Source: Rhodospirillaceae bacterium
GTDB lineage: Bacteria > Pseudomonadota > Alphaproteobacteria > UBA7887
NCBI GenBank assembly: GCA_002728255.1
Contig: PBWV01000047.1
Coordinates: 27,368 to 91,367 of the forward strand
Direction: 5' to 3'
DNA: 64,000 bases
Under the pieces are notes generated by a model. It was not told where the DNA came from. It searched no databases and saw only the letters and a program-made list of their open reading frames with translations. Position 1 is the stretch's first letter; each line of letters begins with the position of its first letter. Made by a program: the position numbers and the translations under genes. This document shows positions 1 through 10,856 of this stretch, piece by piece.

Positions 1-1885
1 GGCACAAAATATGTCGGTAAGAACGGGGTCTGAAATGGTTCATCTTGCCCGTAAGGGTGTAATGGAATTTTTATTGATTAATCATCCCTTGGATTGCCCT
101 GTGTGTGATCAGGGAGGTGAGTGCGATTTACAAGATCAAGCTTTGGGATATGGGCGGGATTCAAGTCGTTTTTTCGAGGAAAAACGGGCCGTAAGTGAAA
201 AAGATTTTGGCCCTCTGATTAAAACTCATATGACGAGATGTATCCATTGCACAAGATGTGTGCGTTTCATGGAGGAGGTCGCTGGGGTGCCTAATATAGG
301 TGGGTTTGGTCGTGGTGAGGACATGGAGATTACGGCAAGTCTCGAACACGGGTCAGATTGCTCAGAGATGTTTGGTAATATTATTGACTTATGTCCAGTC
401 GGTGCATTGACCTCAAAACCATACGCTTTTGTTGCTCGACCTTGGGAGTTGTTAGAAACAGAATCCGTCGATGTGCTTGACGCTGTTGGTAGTAATATTC
501 GGATAGATGTTCGGGATAAACAAGTGATGAGGATTACTCCACGACTCCATGAGGACGTTAATCAGGAGTGGATTGGCGATAAAACACGATTTGCTTATGA
601 TGGTCTACGAAAGCAACGATTGGATAAGCCATATGTACGACAAGCGGATGGTAAATTAACTCCTGTGAGTTGGGATATCGCTTTTGAGCGTATTCGCAGG
701 GAGGTAGAAAAGCTGGATGGCACTGAGCTTGCTGCTTTGGCGGGTGATCTTTGTGATGCGGAGTCAATGCTAGCGTTAAAAGATTTATTTTCTGCACTAA
801 ATTGTCCCAATATTGATTGTAGACAGGATGGTGCTGTTCTGCAGGCTCAGCCAAGGTGTAGCTACATCTTTAATACTTCCATTGCTGGTATCGATCAAAG
901 TGACTTGTGTTTATTGATAGGAAGCAATCCAAGATTGGAAGCACCAATCATAAATACTAGATTGCGAGCAAGATGGTTAGATGGGGATTATCCTGTCGCT
1001 AACATAGGAAAACCAGTTGATTTAAGTTACCCAGTTGAAGAATTGGGGTCTGGGAATCAGGTGTTATGTGAGATTAGCGAAGGGAAGCACCCTTTTTGTG
1101 AACAATTAGAAAGGGCTTTGACTCCAATGCTAATTATTGGGCAGGGGGCGCTAGCTCGGGCCGACGGAGAAAACATCTTATGGTCTAGCAAGGTAATTGC
1201 TGAGAAATATGATTTGGTTCGGGAGGGATGGAACGGCTTTAATGTTTTGCACACTGCGGCGGCAAGGGTAGGTGGATTGGATCTTGGACTAGTGCCATCT
1301 CCGAATGGAATAGGCGCACGCCAAATACTTTCTGGAGATTTTCGAGAAACGCCTCTTAAGTTGCTTTACCTTTTGGGCGTGGATGAGATATGTCCAGATT
1401 CCCTGAAGGGATTGTTCATTGTGTACCAAGGCCACCATGGAGACAGGGGAGCAAATATTGCTGATGTCGTGTTACCTGGAGCTGCGTATACGGAGAAGGA
1501 AGGGTGCTATGTTAATACAGAAGGCCGACCGCAATACGGCAGAGCAGCAACCCAACCGCCAGGAGACGCCAGGGAGGACTGGGCTATTTTGAGGGCCCTT
1601 TCTGCTAGGCTTGGCGTTACATTGCCCTATGATACTTTTAGTGCCTTAAGGGCAAAAATGAGCCAGATTTGTCCAGATCTGGGAAATCCCAACGTAATAT
1701 CAAAATCCGAATGGAGTGAGTTTGGATTGCAAGGGTCTTTCGGGGACACAACCCCATATAGCAGCGCGGTTAAAAACTATTTCATGACAGATCCTATATC
1801 CCGCGCTTCTAATACAATGCTTGAGTGTACAAAATGGTTTTTGGCAACACATCGGGTAGATCCGTCTGCCAATAGTGCAGACTGA
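1..1885 (+). CDS. nuoG: NADH-quinone oxidoreductase subunit G (5' end lies outside the window)
   Basis: Fe-S motifs [28 protein letters not shown] and DLCPVGAL; the N-terminal 2Fe-2S part is missing, so the ORF begins upstream; stop TGA overlaps the nuoH ATG. Confidence 0.97.
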   Translation, partial: AQNMSVRTGSEMVHLARKGVMEFLLINHPLDCPVCDQGGECDLQDQALGYGRDSSRFFEEKRAVSEKDFGPLIKTHMTRCIHCTRCVRFMEEVAGVPNIGGFGRGEDMEITASLEHGSDCSEMFGNIIDLCPVGALTSKPYAFVARPWELLETESVDVLDAVGSNIRIDVRDKQVMRITPRLHEDVNQEWIGDKTRFAYDGLRKQRLDKPYVRQADGKLTPVSWDIAFERIRREVEKLDGTELAALAGDLCDAESMLALKDLFSALNCPNIDCRQDGAVLQAQPRCSYIFNTSIAGIDQSDLCLLIGSNPRLEAPIINTRLRARWLDGDYPVANIGKPVDLSYPVEELGSGNQVLCEISEGKHPFCEQLERALTPMLIIGQGALARADGENILWSSKVIAEKYDLVREGWNGFNVLHTAAARVGGLDLGLVPSPNGIGARQILSGDFRETPLKLLYLLGVDEICPDSLKGLFIVYQGHHGDRGANIADVVLPGAAYTEKEGCYVNTEGRPQYGRAATQPPGDAREDWAILRALSARLGVTLPYDTFSALRAKMSQICPDLGNPNVISKSEWSEFGLQGSFGDTTPYSSAVKNYFMTDPISRASNTMLECTKWFLATHRVDPSANSAD

Positions 1886-2913
1886 TGGAATATTTTCTGC
1901 ACAACTTTCTTTTGCCAAGCGGAAAATTAGTCTTCCAAGTCCTTTTAATTATTGTGCCCCTCTTAATAGCGGTGGCGTATTTAACTTATTTTGAACGAAA
2001 ACTAATTGGAGCAATTCAACTTAGGCGTGGACCTAATACAGTGGGCCCCTTTGGGCTACTTCAACCTATAGCTGACGGGATCAAACTTTTCTTGAAGGAA
2101 ACAATTGTTCCAACGGGTGCAAATCAAATAATCTTTGTTCTAGCTCCTATGATTACATTTGTTCTTAGTTTTGCGGCTTGGGCGGTTATACCATTTGATG
2201 AAGGGTGGGTGCTATCAGATATAAATGTTGGAGTTTTATACCTAATCGCCATTTCCTCTTTAAGTGTCTATGGGGTGTTGATTGCGGGATGGGCAAGCAA
2301 TTCAAGGTATGCATTTCTAGGGGCTCTTCGTTCCGCTGCACAAATGGTGTCTTATGAGGTCTCTATGGGATTCGTTATAGTAACTGTACTGGTGTGCGTT
2401 GGATCGCTTAATCTTACTACGATAGTTAATGCCCAACAAAAGATTTGGTTCTTTTTTCCATTGTTTCCGATGTTTATTATTTTCTTTGTGTCTACGTTAG
2501 CGGAGACCAATCGACATCCTTTTGACCTTCCTGAGGATGATGCTTCCCTAGTGGCTGGGTATTTTGTTGAGTATTCATCAATGCCCTTTGCTTTGTTTTT
2601 TCTTGGAGAGTACGCTGCGATGATTTTGATGAGTGCGATGACTACCATTTTATTTTTTGGTGGTTGGCTTCCGCCAATCGATGTTAGCCCCTTAAACCAG
2701 GTTCCGGGTATTATATGGTTTTTAACCAAAATAATTATTTTACTTTTTTGTTTTTTGTGGGTGAGGGCCACTCTTCCTCGATATCGCTACGATCAATTAA
2801 TGAGACTTGGTTGGAAAGTCTTTCTTCCATTCTCTTTGTTAAGCTTAGTAATTACGTCAGCCATCGTTTTAGCACTGGATGGACAATTTGGTGCATTCAC
2901 AGAATGGTTGTAG
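1885..2913 (+). CDS. nuoH: NADH-quinone oxidoreductase subunit H
   Basis: [52 protein letters not shown]; hydrophobic; nuo gene order. Confidence 0.97.
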   Translation: MEYFLHNFLLPSGKLVFQVLLIIVPLLIAVAYLTYFERKLIGAIQLRRGPNTVGPFGLLQPIADGIKLFLKETIVPTGANQIIFVLAPMITFVLSFAAWAVIPFDEGWVLSDINVGVLYLIAISSLSVYGVLIAGWASNSRYAFLGALRSAAQMVSYEVSMGFVIVTVLVCVGSLNLTTIVNAQQKIWFFFPLFPMFIIFFVSTLAETNRHPFDLPEDDASLVAGYFVEYSSMPFALFFLGEYAAMILMSAMTTILFFGGWLPPIDVSPLNQVPGIIWFLTKIIILLFCFLWVRATLPRYRYDQLMRLGWKVFLPFSLLSLVITSAIVLALDGQFGAFTEWL

Positions 2914-2928
2914 AGGTTAAGTAAAGTC

Positions 2929-3411
2929 ATGTTGAGCCATAAAATTCGTTGGATATTTCTGATAGAAATCGTTAAAGGACTTTTGCTTACCCTTAGGTAT
3001 GTCTTTCGAAAAAAAGTTACTCTTAATTATCCACATGAAAAGGGAAGGCTGAGTCCAAGATTTAGAGGCGAACACGCTTTGCGCCGTTATCCAAACGGGG
3101 AAGAACGCTGCATAGGATGTAAATTATGTGAGGCGATATGTCCGGCCCAGGCAATAACCATTGAAGTTCAGCCTAGAGACGACGGAAGCCGAAAAACCAC
3201 CCGATACGATATAGATATGGTTAAATGTATTTATTGTGGTTTTTGTCAAGAATCCTGCCCTGTCGATGCCATTGTGCAAGGGCCCAATTACGAATTTTCA
3301 ACTGAGACTAGGGAAGAGTTATATTTCACGAAACAAAAATTATTGGAAAACGGTGACCGGTGGGAGCCGCAAATTGCTAAAAATTTAGAAAATGAAGAAC
3401 AGTATCAATGA
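2929..3411 (+). CDS. nuoI: NADH-quinone oxidoreductase subunit I
   Basis: Two CxxCxxCxxxCP 4Fe-4S motifs; [18 protein letters not shown]. Confidence 0.97.
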   Translation: MLSHKIRWIFLIEIVKGLLLTLRYVFRKKVTLNYPHEKGRLSPRFRGEHALRRYPNGEERCIGCKLCEAICPAQAITIEVQPRDDGSRKTTRYDIDMVKCIYCGFCQESCPVDAIVQGPNYEFSTETREELYFTKQKLLENGDRWEPQIAKNLENEEQYQ

Positions 3412-3487
3412 GCTTGTGTATTTATGTAGAGGAACTAGTTCAAGATATGCAAGATTCTATTTCCTTTTCCAGGCAGTGGATTTCTGA

Positions 3488-4099
3488 ATGTTGATTATCA
3501 TTACTTTTTATCTTGTTTCCTCTGTCACTATTTTTGCGGCAACCATGGTGGTCTTTTCAAGAAATACAATCCACTCTGTTTTATGGTTGATTTGCGTATT
3601 TCTTAACGTCGCGATCCTATTTGTAACTCTAGGTGCAGAATTTTTGGCTATGATTCTTGTGATTGTTTACGTTGGTGCGGTGGCTGTTCTGTTTATGTTT
3701 GTGGTTATGATGTTAAACATCAGTAAAACTAAGATTAAATCAGGGTTTTCAGAATATTTTCCAATTGGGAGTGTGCTGACGGCAGTGCTTCTAGCCGAGT
3801 TTGTTCTGGTGTCATTTTCTTTTTCTTCACATTTGTTTGAGCCACCAACGGGAGTGATTTCCGATCCACGGGGAAGTCTTACAAATACTGAGGAGTTGGG
3901 TAAAGTTCTTTATACTAAATATTTTTATTTGTTTCAGCTGTCTGGTTTAATTCTACTCGTTGCAATGGTTGCCGCTATTGTTCTTACTTTGAGAACTGGA
4001 AAAGATGTTCAAAGGCAGGAGATTGGCGAGCAAGTTGAACGAGGTAAGCAGGACGCGATCGAAATAAGAAAAATAAAGCCGTACAGTGGCGCCAAATGA
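3488..4099 (+). CDS. nuoJ: NADH-quinone oxidoreductase subunit J
   Basis: [27 protein letters not shown]; position in operon. Confidence 0.95.
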   Translation: MLIIITFYLVSSVTIFAATMVVFSRNTIHSVLWLICVFLNVAILFVTLGAEFLAMILVIVYVGAVAVLFMFVVMMLNISKTKIKSGFSEYFPIGSVLTAVLLAEFVLVSFSFSSHLFEPPTGVISDPRGSLTNTEELGKVLYTKYFYLFQLSGLILLVAMVAAIVLTLRTGKDVQRQEIGEQVERGKQDAIEIRKIKPYSGAK

Positions 4100-4404
4100 C
4101 CATTGGCTTAACCCATTATCTAGTGTTGGCCTCAATCGTTTTCACACTAGGTATCTTTGGTATATTCATAAACAGAAAAAGTATTATCGCGATATTAATG
4201 TCACTAGAACTGATCTTGCTAGGCGTAAATTTGAATTTAGTAGCATTTTCAGTTCATCTAGGAGACATAGTAGGCCAAGTATTCACTATGTTTGTTTTGA
4301 CCGTTGCCGCAGCAGAGATATCAATTGGTTTGGCTATCTTGGTTGCCTTCAGCCGGCATCAGAAATCGATTCAGGTTGATAATATTAACCTCATGAAGGG
4401 GTGA
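4096..4404 (+). CDS. nuoK: NADH-quinone oxidoreductase subunit K
   Basis: 102 aa, 3 hydrophobic segments, MSLELILL and VAAAE motifs; ATGA overlap with nuoJ. Confidence 0.96.
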   Translation: MTIGLTHYLVLASIVFTLGIFGIFINRKSIIAILMSLELILLGVNLNLVAFSVHLGDIVGQVFTMFVLTVAAAEISIGLAILVAFSRHQKSIQVDNINLMKG

Positions 4405-6338
4405 ATGCGGTGGTATTTCTGTGCATTTTTCTTCCTTTGCTTGCGTCTATTTTGGTGGCTTTGTTTGGCAAATCCCTAAGAAAGACAGGAGCACAAGCAG
4501 TTACTTGTGGCTCCATTGTGCTGTCAGCGATAATTAGTTGTTGGATTTTAACGACAACCATAAACAATGGAACGATTTATTCAATCCAACTTTTTGAATG
4601 GATAGAATCAGGTTCATTTTCGGCTTCTTGGGGAATTTATATTGATTCATTAAGTGCGTTGATGATTTTTATTGTGACAACCGTATCTGCATTGGTTCAC
4701 ATATATTCTATAGGGTACATGAGAAAGGATCCGCACGTTCCGCGATTCATGTGCTATCTCTCTCTATTTACCTTCTCAATGTTGGTTCTCGTAACATCAA
4801 ATAACTTCCTACAACTATTTTTTGGATGGGAAGGTGTGGGGCTTTGTAGTTATTTGTTGATAGGTTTTTGGTGTACTAAAAAATCAGCAAATACCGCTGC
4901 CTTGAAAGCATTTCTCGTTAATCGGGTAGGGGATTTAGGGCTAATTCTGGGAATTGCCGCTATCTTTATGGTCTTCGACACATTAGAGTTTGGAAGTGTG
5001 TTTCGTCTTGCGCCAGAAGTATCCGGACAAAAAATCCAATTTTGCGGGTTCTCCTTTGAGGCTATTACAGTAATTTGTTTGTTGCTCTTCTTCGGGGCTA
5101 TGGGTAAATCGGCACAGATTGGTCTACATACTTGGCTGGCTGACGCAATGGAGGGACCGACCCCAGTCTCAGCCTTAATCCATGCCGCCACAATGGTGAC
5201 GGCTGGAGTTTTTCTGGTTGCGAGATGCTCTCCTTTATTTGAACTTTCCGAAGCAGCTCTGTTGGTTGTTACCCTAGTTGGTGGATTAACGGCTTTCATG
5301 GCGGCGAGCATAGCGTTAGTGCAGGTGGACATAAAACGTGTTGTAGCGTATTCAACGTGTAGTCAACTTGGCTATATGTTCTTTGCTTGTGGTCTTTCTG
5401 CGTATTCTGCTGCAATATTTCATTTGTTTACCCATGCTTTCTTTAAGGCGCTTCTATTTCTTGGAGCAGGCTCAGTCATTCACGCCTTTTCGGGTGAACA
5501 AGATATGCGAAAAATGGGTGGGGTGTGGCGTTTAATCCCGACAACGTACGGGGTAATGTTGGTTGGATCATGGGCATTAATTGGTTTACCCCCTTTTTCC
5601 GGTTATTTTTCAAAAGACCTGATTTTAGAATCCGCATATTCCTCCCATTCGTTGGTGGGGACGTTAGTGTTCTGGCTGGGAATAGCTTCAGTGGCGATGA
5701 CAGCTTTTTATTCGTGTAAAGTGATATTACTGAGTTTTCATGGAAAATTTGGAGAGGACGAAAAGGTTTTTGCTCGGATACATGAGTCGCCTAAATCAAT
5801 GACGATTCCACTCATTCTGCTGGCTATCGGAGCGATTGGTGCGGGTTATTTTGGCTTAAGCATGGTAGAAGAAAACAGTTTATTTTGGGGGAATGCACTA
5901 TATGTTTCTGATCATCATGCGGGAATAAAATTTGTACACAATTCACCAGTATGGGTAAAACTTCTACCCATCATTATGACCTTAGGTGGTTTGGTGGCCT
6001 GTTGGCTGCTGTTAAGCAAGTACCGTGGGCCTCTTGTTCACTATTTATCTCGAGTAGCATTTGTACGTCAGTTGTTGGTCAACAAGTTGTTCTTTGATTA
6101 CCTGTACGATGTAGTTTTAACAAATTTTTTAAAGAGAATTGGTTATGGCTTGTGGAAGGCGATTGATGAATCCGTTATAGATTCTTTGGGTCCCCAAGGC
6201 GTTGCTAGCGTAGTTGTGAGATCTTCCCAAAGATTGAGTCAGGGTCAAACAGGCTATATTTACCACTATGCTTTTGTGATGATTATTGGGGTCGCCTGCC
6301 TATTGGGTATCTATCTTCTATGGGAAACAGTTATCTAA
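4401..6338 (+). CDS. nuoL: NADH-quinone oxidoreductase subunit L
   Basis: [60 protein letters not shown] overlap with nuoK. Confidence 0.97.
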   Translation: MNAVVFLCIFLPLLASILVALFGKSLRKTGAQAVTCGSIVLSAIISCWILTTTINNGTIYSIQLFEWIESGSFSASWGIYIDSLSALMIFIVTTVSALVHIYSIGYMRKDPHVPRFMCYLSLFTFSMLVLVTSNNFLQLFFGWEGVGLCSYLLIGFWCTKKSANTAALKAFLVNRVGDLGLILGIAAIFMVFDTLEFGSVFRLAPEVSGQKIQFCGFSFEAITVICLLLFFGAMGKSAQIGLHTWLADAMEGPTPVSALIHAATMVTAGVFLVARCSPLFELSEAALLVVTLVGGLTAFMAASIALVQVDIKRVVAYSTCSQLGYMFFACGLSAYSAAIFHLFTHAFFKALLFLGAGSVIHAFSGEQDMRKMGGVWRLIPTTYGVMLVGSWALIGLPPFSGYFSKDLILESAYSSHSLVGTLVFWLGIASVAMTAFYSCKVILLSFHGKFGEDEKVFARIHESPKSMTIPLILLAIGAIGAGYFGLSMVEENSLFWGNALYVSDHHAGIKFVHNSPVWVKLLPIIMTLGGLVACWLLLSKYRGPLVHYLSRVAFVRQLLVNKLFFDYLYDVVLTNFLKRIGYGLWKAIDESVIDSLGPQGVASVVVRSSQRLSQGQTGYIYHYAFVMIIGVACLLGIYLLWETVI

Positions 6339-7843
6339 TGGATTGGCCCGTTCTTAGTATATTGATATTTCAACCGTTAATCGGAGCCCTGTTTGTGTGT
6401 CTGGTACGCGGCGATCAAGAATTGGTAGCCACCAATGTAAAAGCCGTCACGTTATGGTCCACAGGCATCACTTTTTTATTAGCTTGTTTTTTATGGACCC
6501 AATTTGATGCAACTATTTCCAATTTTCAATTCTCAGAAGAGAAGGCTTGGATCCCAAGTTTAGGGATATCTTATTCTTTGGGAATTGATGGCATTTCCAT
6601 TATTTATATTGTTCTTACATCGTTTTTAAGCTTCATCTGTATCTTGTGCAGCTGGGAAGTGATAACTAATCGTGTGCGGGAGTATATGGTTGGGTTTCTG
6701 TTATTGGAAACCATGATTCTGGGTGCCTTTTGTGCGCTCGATACTATTTTATTTTATATGTTCTTTGAGGGTCTTCTTATCCCAATGTTCATTATCATTG
6801 GGATTTGGGGGGGGGCTGGTAGGATAAGGGCGGCCTTGAAGTTTTTTTTATATACACTGGCCGGGTCGGTCTTGTTTCTCGTTGCCATTATTCTGCTGTA
6901 CCTGGAGGCAGGGTCGAGCAGTATTCCAACGTTAATGAAAAACGAGTTTCCATTCAGTTTTCAGATTTGGTTATGGCTGCTTGTCTTTGCTTCATTTGCC
7001 GTAAAGATACCAATGTGGCCTTTCCATACCTGGTTACCCGAGGCGCACGTGGAGGCGCCCACAGCTGGTTCTGTAATACTTGCGGGCGTGCTCTTAAAGC
7101 TTGGTGGTTACGGATTTATTCGGTTCTCATTACCTATGTTCCCGGATGCCACCGCGTATTTCACTCCGTTTGTTTTTATTTTGAGTGTGATCGCCATAAT
7201 TTATACCTCATTGGTCGCTTTTGTGCAGGAGGATATGAAGAAACTAATAGCGTATTCATCAGTAGCTCACATGGGGTTCGTAACCATCGGGTTGTTCTCT
7301 CTAACCACTCAAGGTGTTGAAGGGGCACTTTTCATAATGTTGAGTCACGGGTTGGTTTCGGCCTCTTTGTTTCTATCGGTGGGAGTATTATACGATAGAA
7401 CCCATTCCCGATTGATCAAAGATTATGGTGGGTTGGTTGATAAGATGCCCGTGTATGCTTTTGTTCTTATGGTATTTTCTTTAGCTGCTATTGGTTTGCC
7501 CGGCACATCAGGTTTTGTTGGAGAGATGTTGGTTTTGGTAGGGATCTTCTCAATAAGTACATGGACCGCACTTTTTTCCGGTTTAGGTGTTATTCTTGGA
7601 GCGGCTTATATGCTTTGGCTTTACAAGCGGGTTATTTTCGGGACTAACACGACAGAAAAAATAAGTGTGCTTTCAGATCTAAGTATTCGTGAACGTTCTA
7701 TTTTTCTTCCCTTGGTTATTGCAATACTATTGATCGGATTTTACCCAAGACCAGTGCTTAACACTATGCATTTATCTGTAGAGAAATTACTTCTTCTTAG
7801 TCAACCAAGCCTAGAAATTAAAAATTTTTCAAAAGTAAAATGA
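6338..7843 (+). CDS. nuoM: NADH-quinone oxidoreductase subunit M
   Basis: FFE.LIPM, KIPMWPFHTWLPEAHVEAPTAGS, LLKLGGYG; start placed at the ATG in the TAATG overlap with the nuoL stop. Confidence 0.96.
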   Translation: MDWPVLSILIFQPLIGALFVCLVRGDQELVATNVKAVTLWSTGITFLLACFLWTQFDATISNFQFSEEKAWIPSLGISYSLGIDGISIIYIVLTSFLSFICILCSWEVITNRVREYMVGFLLLETMILGAFCALDTILFYMFFEGLLIPMFIIIGIWGGAGRIRAALKFFLYTLAGSVLFLVAIILLYLEAGSSSIPTLMKNEFPFSFQIWLWLLVFASFAVKIPMWPFHTWLPEAHVEAPTAGSVILAGVLLKLGGYGFIRFSLPMFPDATAYFTPFVFILSVIAIIYTSLVAFVQEDMKKLIAYSSVAHMGFVTIGLFSLTTQGVEGALFIMLSHGLVSASLFLSVGVLYDRTHSRLIKDYGGLVDKMPVYAFVLMVFSLAAIGLPGTSGFVGEMLVLVGIFSISTWTALFSGLGVILGAAYMLWLYKRVIFGTNTTEKISVLSDLSIRERSIFLPLVIAILLIGFYPRPVLNTMHLSVEKLLLLSQPSLEIKNFSKVK

Positions 7844-7853
7844 ATTATCTTCA

Positions 7854-9296
7854 ATGAATATAAGTTTAGATGTGCTGCAACTGCGTCCTGAAATTCTTCT
7901 AACGGCAGGCTTGCTTATTTTGTTGGTTTTTGGGGCATTTCGCGATAAAGCGGGCGAGCCCCTTGTGACCCGTTTAATGATAGCCTTGCTAGCAATAGTC
8001 GCAATCCTCGTTGTTGTACGAGATTCTGAGAAGGTCAAATTATTTTCTGAACTTCTTATTTTGGACGCATATGGGAGATTTGCACAAACACTAATTATTG
8101 TCTCAGTAATTATGACATTATTAGTATCAGTAGCTTATCGAAAAACGTCAAACCTTATACAAAATGAATACCCAATTCTCATAGGATTTTCTGCTTTAGG
8201 CATGTTGTTAATGGTATTGGCAACTGACCTGATGGCACTGTATTTAGCAGTTGAGCTTCAAAGCCTTTCACTTTACGCCCTAGCAGCATTTGATCGGAAT
8301 TCTGAGAGGTCATCGGAGGCGGGATTGAAGTTTTTTGTGCTGGGGGCATTATCCTCTGGCATCCTGCTTTATGGGTGCAGTTTTATATATGGTGCTGTTG
8401 GCAGCACTTCATTTGAACTAATAGCAGCCGCAGCCGCAATACCTGGTGCTGAACTTTCTCCGCTTCTTTTTGGTTTGGTACTGGTGTGTTGTGGGCTTGC
8501 TTTTAAGGTATCGGCCGTGCCATTCCATATGTGGACCCCTGATGTATATGAAGGTTCGCCTACACCGATAACTATGTTTTTTTCTGTAGGACCAAAAATA
8601 GCTGCTCTTAGTCTTTTGACACGGCTGCTTCTTGAGGCCTTTCCGGATGCAATTCATCAATGGCAACAGATTATTTGGTTCTTAGCAATAGCTTCAATGG
8701 TACTTGGCAGCCTATTGGCTGTGCTTCAGAATAATATCAAAAGACTTATGGCTTATAGCACCATCGCCCACGTTGGATATGTTTTAATGGGAATTGGTTT
8801 GGGTTCAGAATTTGCCATTAGTAGCGTACTTATTTATTTGGCTGTATACCTTGTTTTGGTGATTGGGACGTTTGGGTGCATCTTAGCGGCAAAAGTGAAT
8901 AACTTTCACTTGGAACAAATTTCCGATCTTTCTGGCATAGGAAGAAATCAACCAATCTTTTCTTTAGCGTTTGCTATAATGTTGTTGGGCTTAGCTGGCA
9001 TACCTCCAATGGCGGGATTTTTTGCTAAGTTTTACCTCTTTATATCCATCCTACAGGCAGAGATGTATTGGTTAGTATTAATTGCTGCGCTATCTACTAT
9101 AATTGGGGCATATTACTACCTGCGAATTATTAAAGTAATGTACTTCGATGAATCTAAACAGGAACTAGATCAATTGAGTAATCCTGAGTTAAATATAATT
9201 ATTGGCACGGCTGCCGTGTTCACACTTTTTTTCTTCGTGAACCATTCCATTATCGTTGACCATGCGGGTAGGGCGGCGGGATCTCTTTTTAATTAA
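7854..9296 (+). CDS. nuoN: NADH-quinone oxidoreductase subunit N
   Basis: ELQSL, SEAGLKFFVLGA, FKVSAVPFHMWTPDVYEGSP, KRLMAYSTIAH. Confidence 0.96.
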   Translation: MNISLDVLQLRPEILLTAGLLILLVFGAFRDKAGEPLVTRLMIALLAIVAILVVVRDSEKVKLFSELLILDAYGRFAQTLIIVSVIMTLLVSVAYRKTSNLIQNEYPILIGFSALGMLLMVLATDLMALYLAVELQSLSLYALAAFDRNSERSSEAGLKFFVLGALSSGILLYGCSFIYGAVGSTSFELIAAAAAIPGAELSPLLFGLVLVCCGLAFKVSAVPFHMWTPDVYEGSPTPITMFFSVGPKIAALSLLTRLLLEAFPDAIHQWQQIIWFLAIASMVLGSLLAVLQNNIKRLMAYSTIAHVGYVLMGIGLGSEFAISSVLIYLAVYLVLVIGTFGCILAAKVNNFHLEQISDLSGIGRNQPIFSLAFAIMLLGLAGIPPMAGFFAKFYLFISILQAEMYWLVLIAALSTIIGAYYYLRIIKVMYFDESKQELDQLSNPELNIIIGTAAVFTLFFFVNHSIIVDHAGRAAGSLFN

Positions 9297-9315
9297 TATT
9301 AGGTATATTGAATTA

Positions 9316-10071
9316 ATGGAAAAGCTGATGCCAGGCTACGTTCTTCATACATTGGAGGAGACGGATAGCACTAATGTAGAATGTAGGAAAATGGCTGAAG
9401 ATGGGTCGGCTGAAGGATTAATAATTCAAGCCTCATCACAGTCTTCGGGAAAAGGGCGTCGAGGACGGACTTGGAGCTCCCCAAAAGGGAATTTATATTT
9501 TTCCATGTTAATCAAGCCTAAATGCAAAGTGAGTAAGGCACTGGAAGTCTCATTTGTCTCTGCTGTTGCAATGTGTGATGCCTTGGGCGCTTTATTGCCG
9601 CCGATGGTAGAGGTTAGGGTTAAATGGCCTAATGATATATTGCTTAATCAAAGGAAGTGCTGTGGGTTTCTGCTTGAATCCAGCAGTGATAGCTCCGGAA
9701 ATGTCAAGTGGCTGATTATTGGAGCCGGTGTAAACGTAGAAAGTTTTCCAGAAGAGGTGGATTACCCAGCTACCAGTCTATCATTTGAAGGATCATCCAA
9801 TCTGACTTTAAGAGAGGTTTTACTATCTTTCTTGCGTCATTTTAAGCGTTGGAAAAATGTCTGGGAGGTAGAAGGTTTTAACCCTATCAGAGAGGCATGG
9901 ATAGAGCGCTCCATAGGCGTGGGACGGAGAATAACAGCTAAGCTGGGAGAGACATCCCACACTGGTATATTTTCTGATCTTAATGCAGACGGATCTTTGG
10001 TGATGACAACTGATGAGGGGGAAAAAGTGGTGATTACTTCTGGAGATATCTTTCCGGAGTTAAAAGCATGA
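9316..10071 (+). CDS. birA: Biotin-[acetyl-CoA carboxylase] ligase (no N-terminal HTH domain)
   Basis: DSTN, Q.SGKGRRGRTW.SP.GNLY, KWPND; ATG at 9316 chosen because the ORF-track start overlaps nuoN. Confidence 0.93.
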   Translation: MEKLMPGYVLHTLEETDSTNVECRKMAEDGSAEGLIIQASSQSSGKGRRGRTWSSPKGNLYFSMLIKPKCKVSKALEVSFVSAVAMCDALGALLPPMVEVRVKWPNDILLNQRKCCGFLLESSSDSSGNVKWLIIGAGVNVESFPEEVDYPATSLSFEGSSNLTLREVLLSFLRHFKRWKNVWEVEGFNPIREAWIERSIGVGRRITAKLGETSHTGIFSDLNADGSLVMTTDEGEKVVITSGDIFPELKA

Positions 10072-10856
10072 AGCGTCGGCTGCTGCTATGCATAGATGGA
10101 GGGAATACCAATGTGGTTTTTGCGTTATTTGAGAATGATAAAATTCTTAATCAGTGGCGCATGAATACCAATAGCAGAACTACAGCAGACGAATATGGTG
10201 TTTGGCTCATAAATTTATTTTCTTTAAGTGGATTCAATATAGATGAGGTAGAGGCTACGGCCATTACCAACGTCGTGCCTTCTATTAGCTTCCAATTAAG
10301 GGAATTATGTAAGCGTTATTTTGGTGTCACTCCAATTTGCATAGAGTCTGCGGAAGATGTGCCTATCCCTGTTTTAATTGATAACCCTGCTGAGGTTGGT
10401 GCTGATAGACTCGTTAACGCAGTTGCTGCTCATGAGTATTATACAGGAGGGTTAATAGTTATTGATTTTGGGACCGCTACTACCTTTGATGTAGTTAGAG
10501 AGGATGGGGCCTACGCCGGGGGTATAATTGCGCCTGGCGTCAACTTGTCATTAGATGCTTTAGATCGGGCAGCTGCCCGCCTCCCTTCCATTTCAATTAA
10601 AAGACCCGAACATATTTTGGGCAAGAATACTGTATCTGCGATGCAATCTGGCATGTTTTGGGGGTATGTAAGTTTGATTGAAGGGCTCGTGTCGAGAATT
10701 AATATAGAATTTGATACGAAAATGACAGTGATAGCCACTGGAGGATTAGCTCCGTTGTTCCAAACTTCGTGCGAGGTAATTGATTCAATCGATGAGAATT
10801 TAACACTTAACGGGTTGAGACTGCTTTACGAAAATATTGCGAGCTCACCAAAATGA
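10068..10856 (+). CDS. coaX: Type III pantothenate kinase
   Basis: IDxGNTN, GADR, IDFGTATTFD, GG.IAPG, ATGGLA. Confidence 0.94.
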   Translation: MKRRLLLCIDGGNTNVVFALFENDKILNQWRMNTNSRTTADEYGVWLINLFSLSGFNIDEVEATAITNVVPSISFQLRELCKRYFGVTPICIESAEDVPIPVLIDNPAEVGADRLVNAVAAHEYYTGGLIVIDFGTATTFDVVREDGAYAGGIIAPGVNLSLDALDRAAARLPSISIKRPEHILGKNTVSAMQSGMFWGYVSLIEGLVSRINIEFDTKMTVIATGGLAPLFQTSCEVIDSIDENLTLNGLRLLYENIASSPK

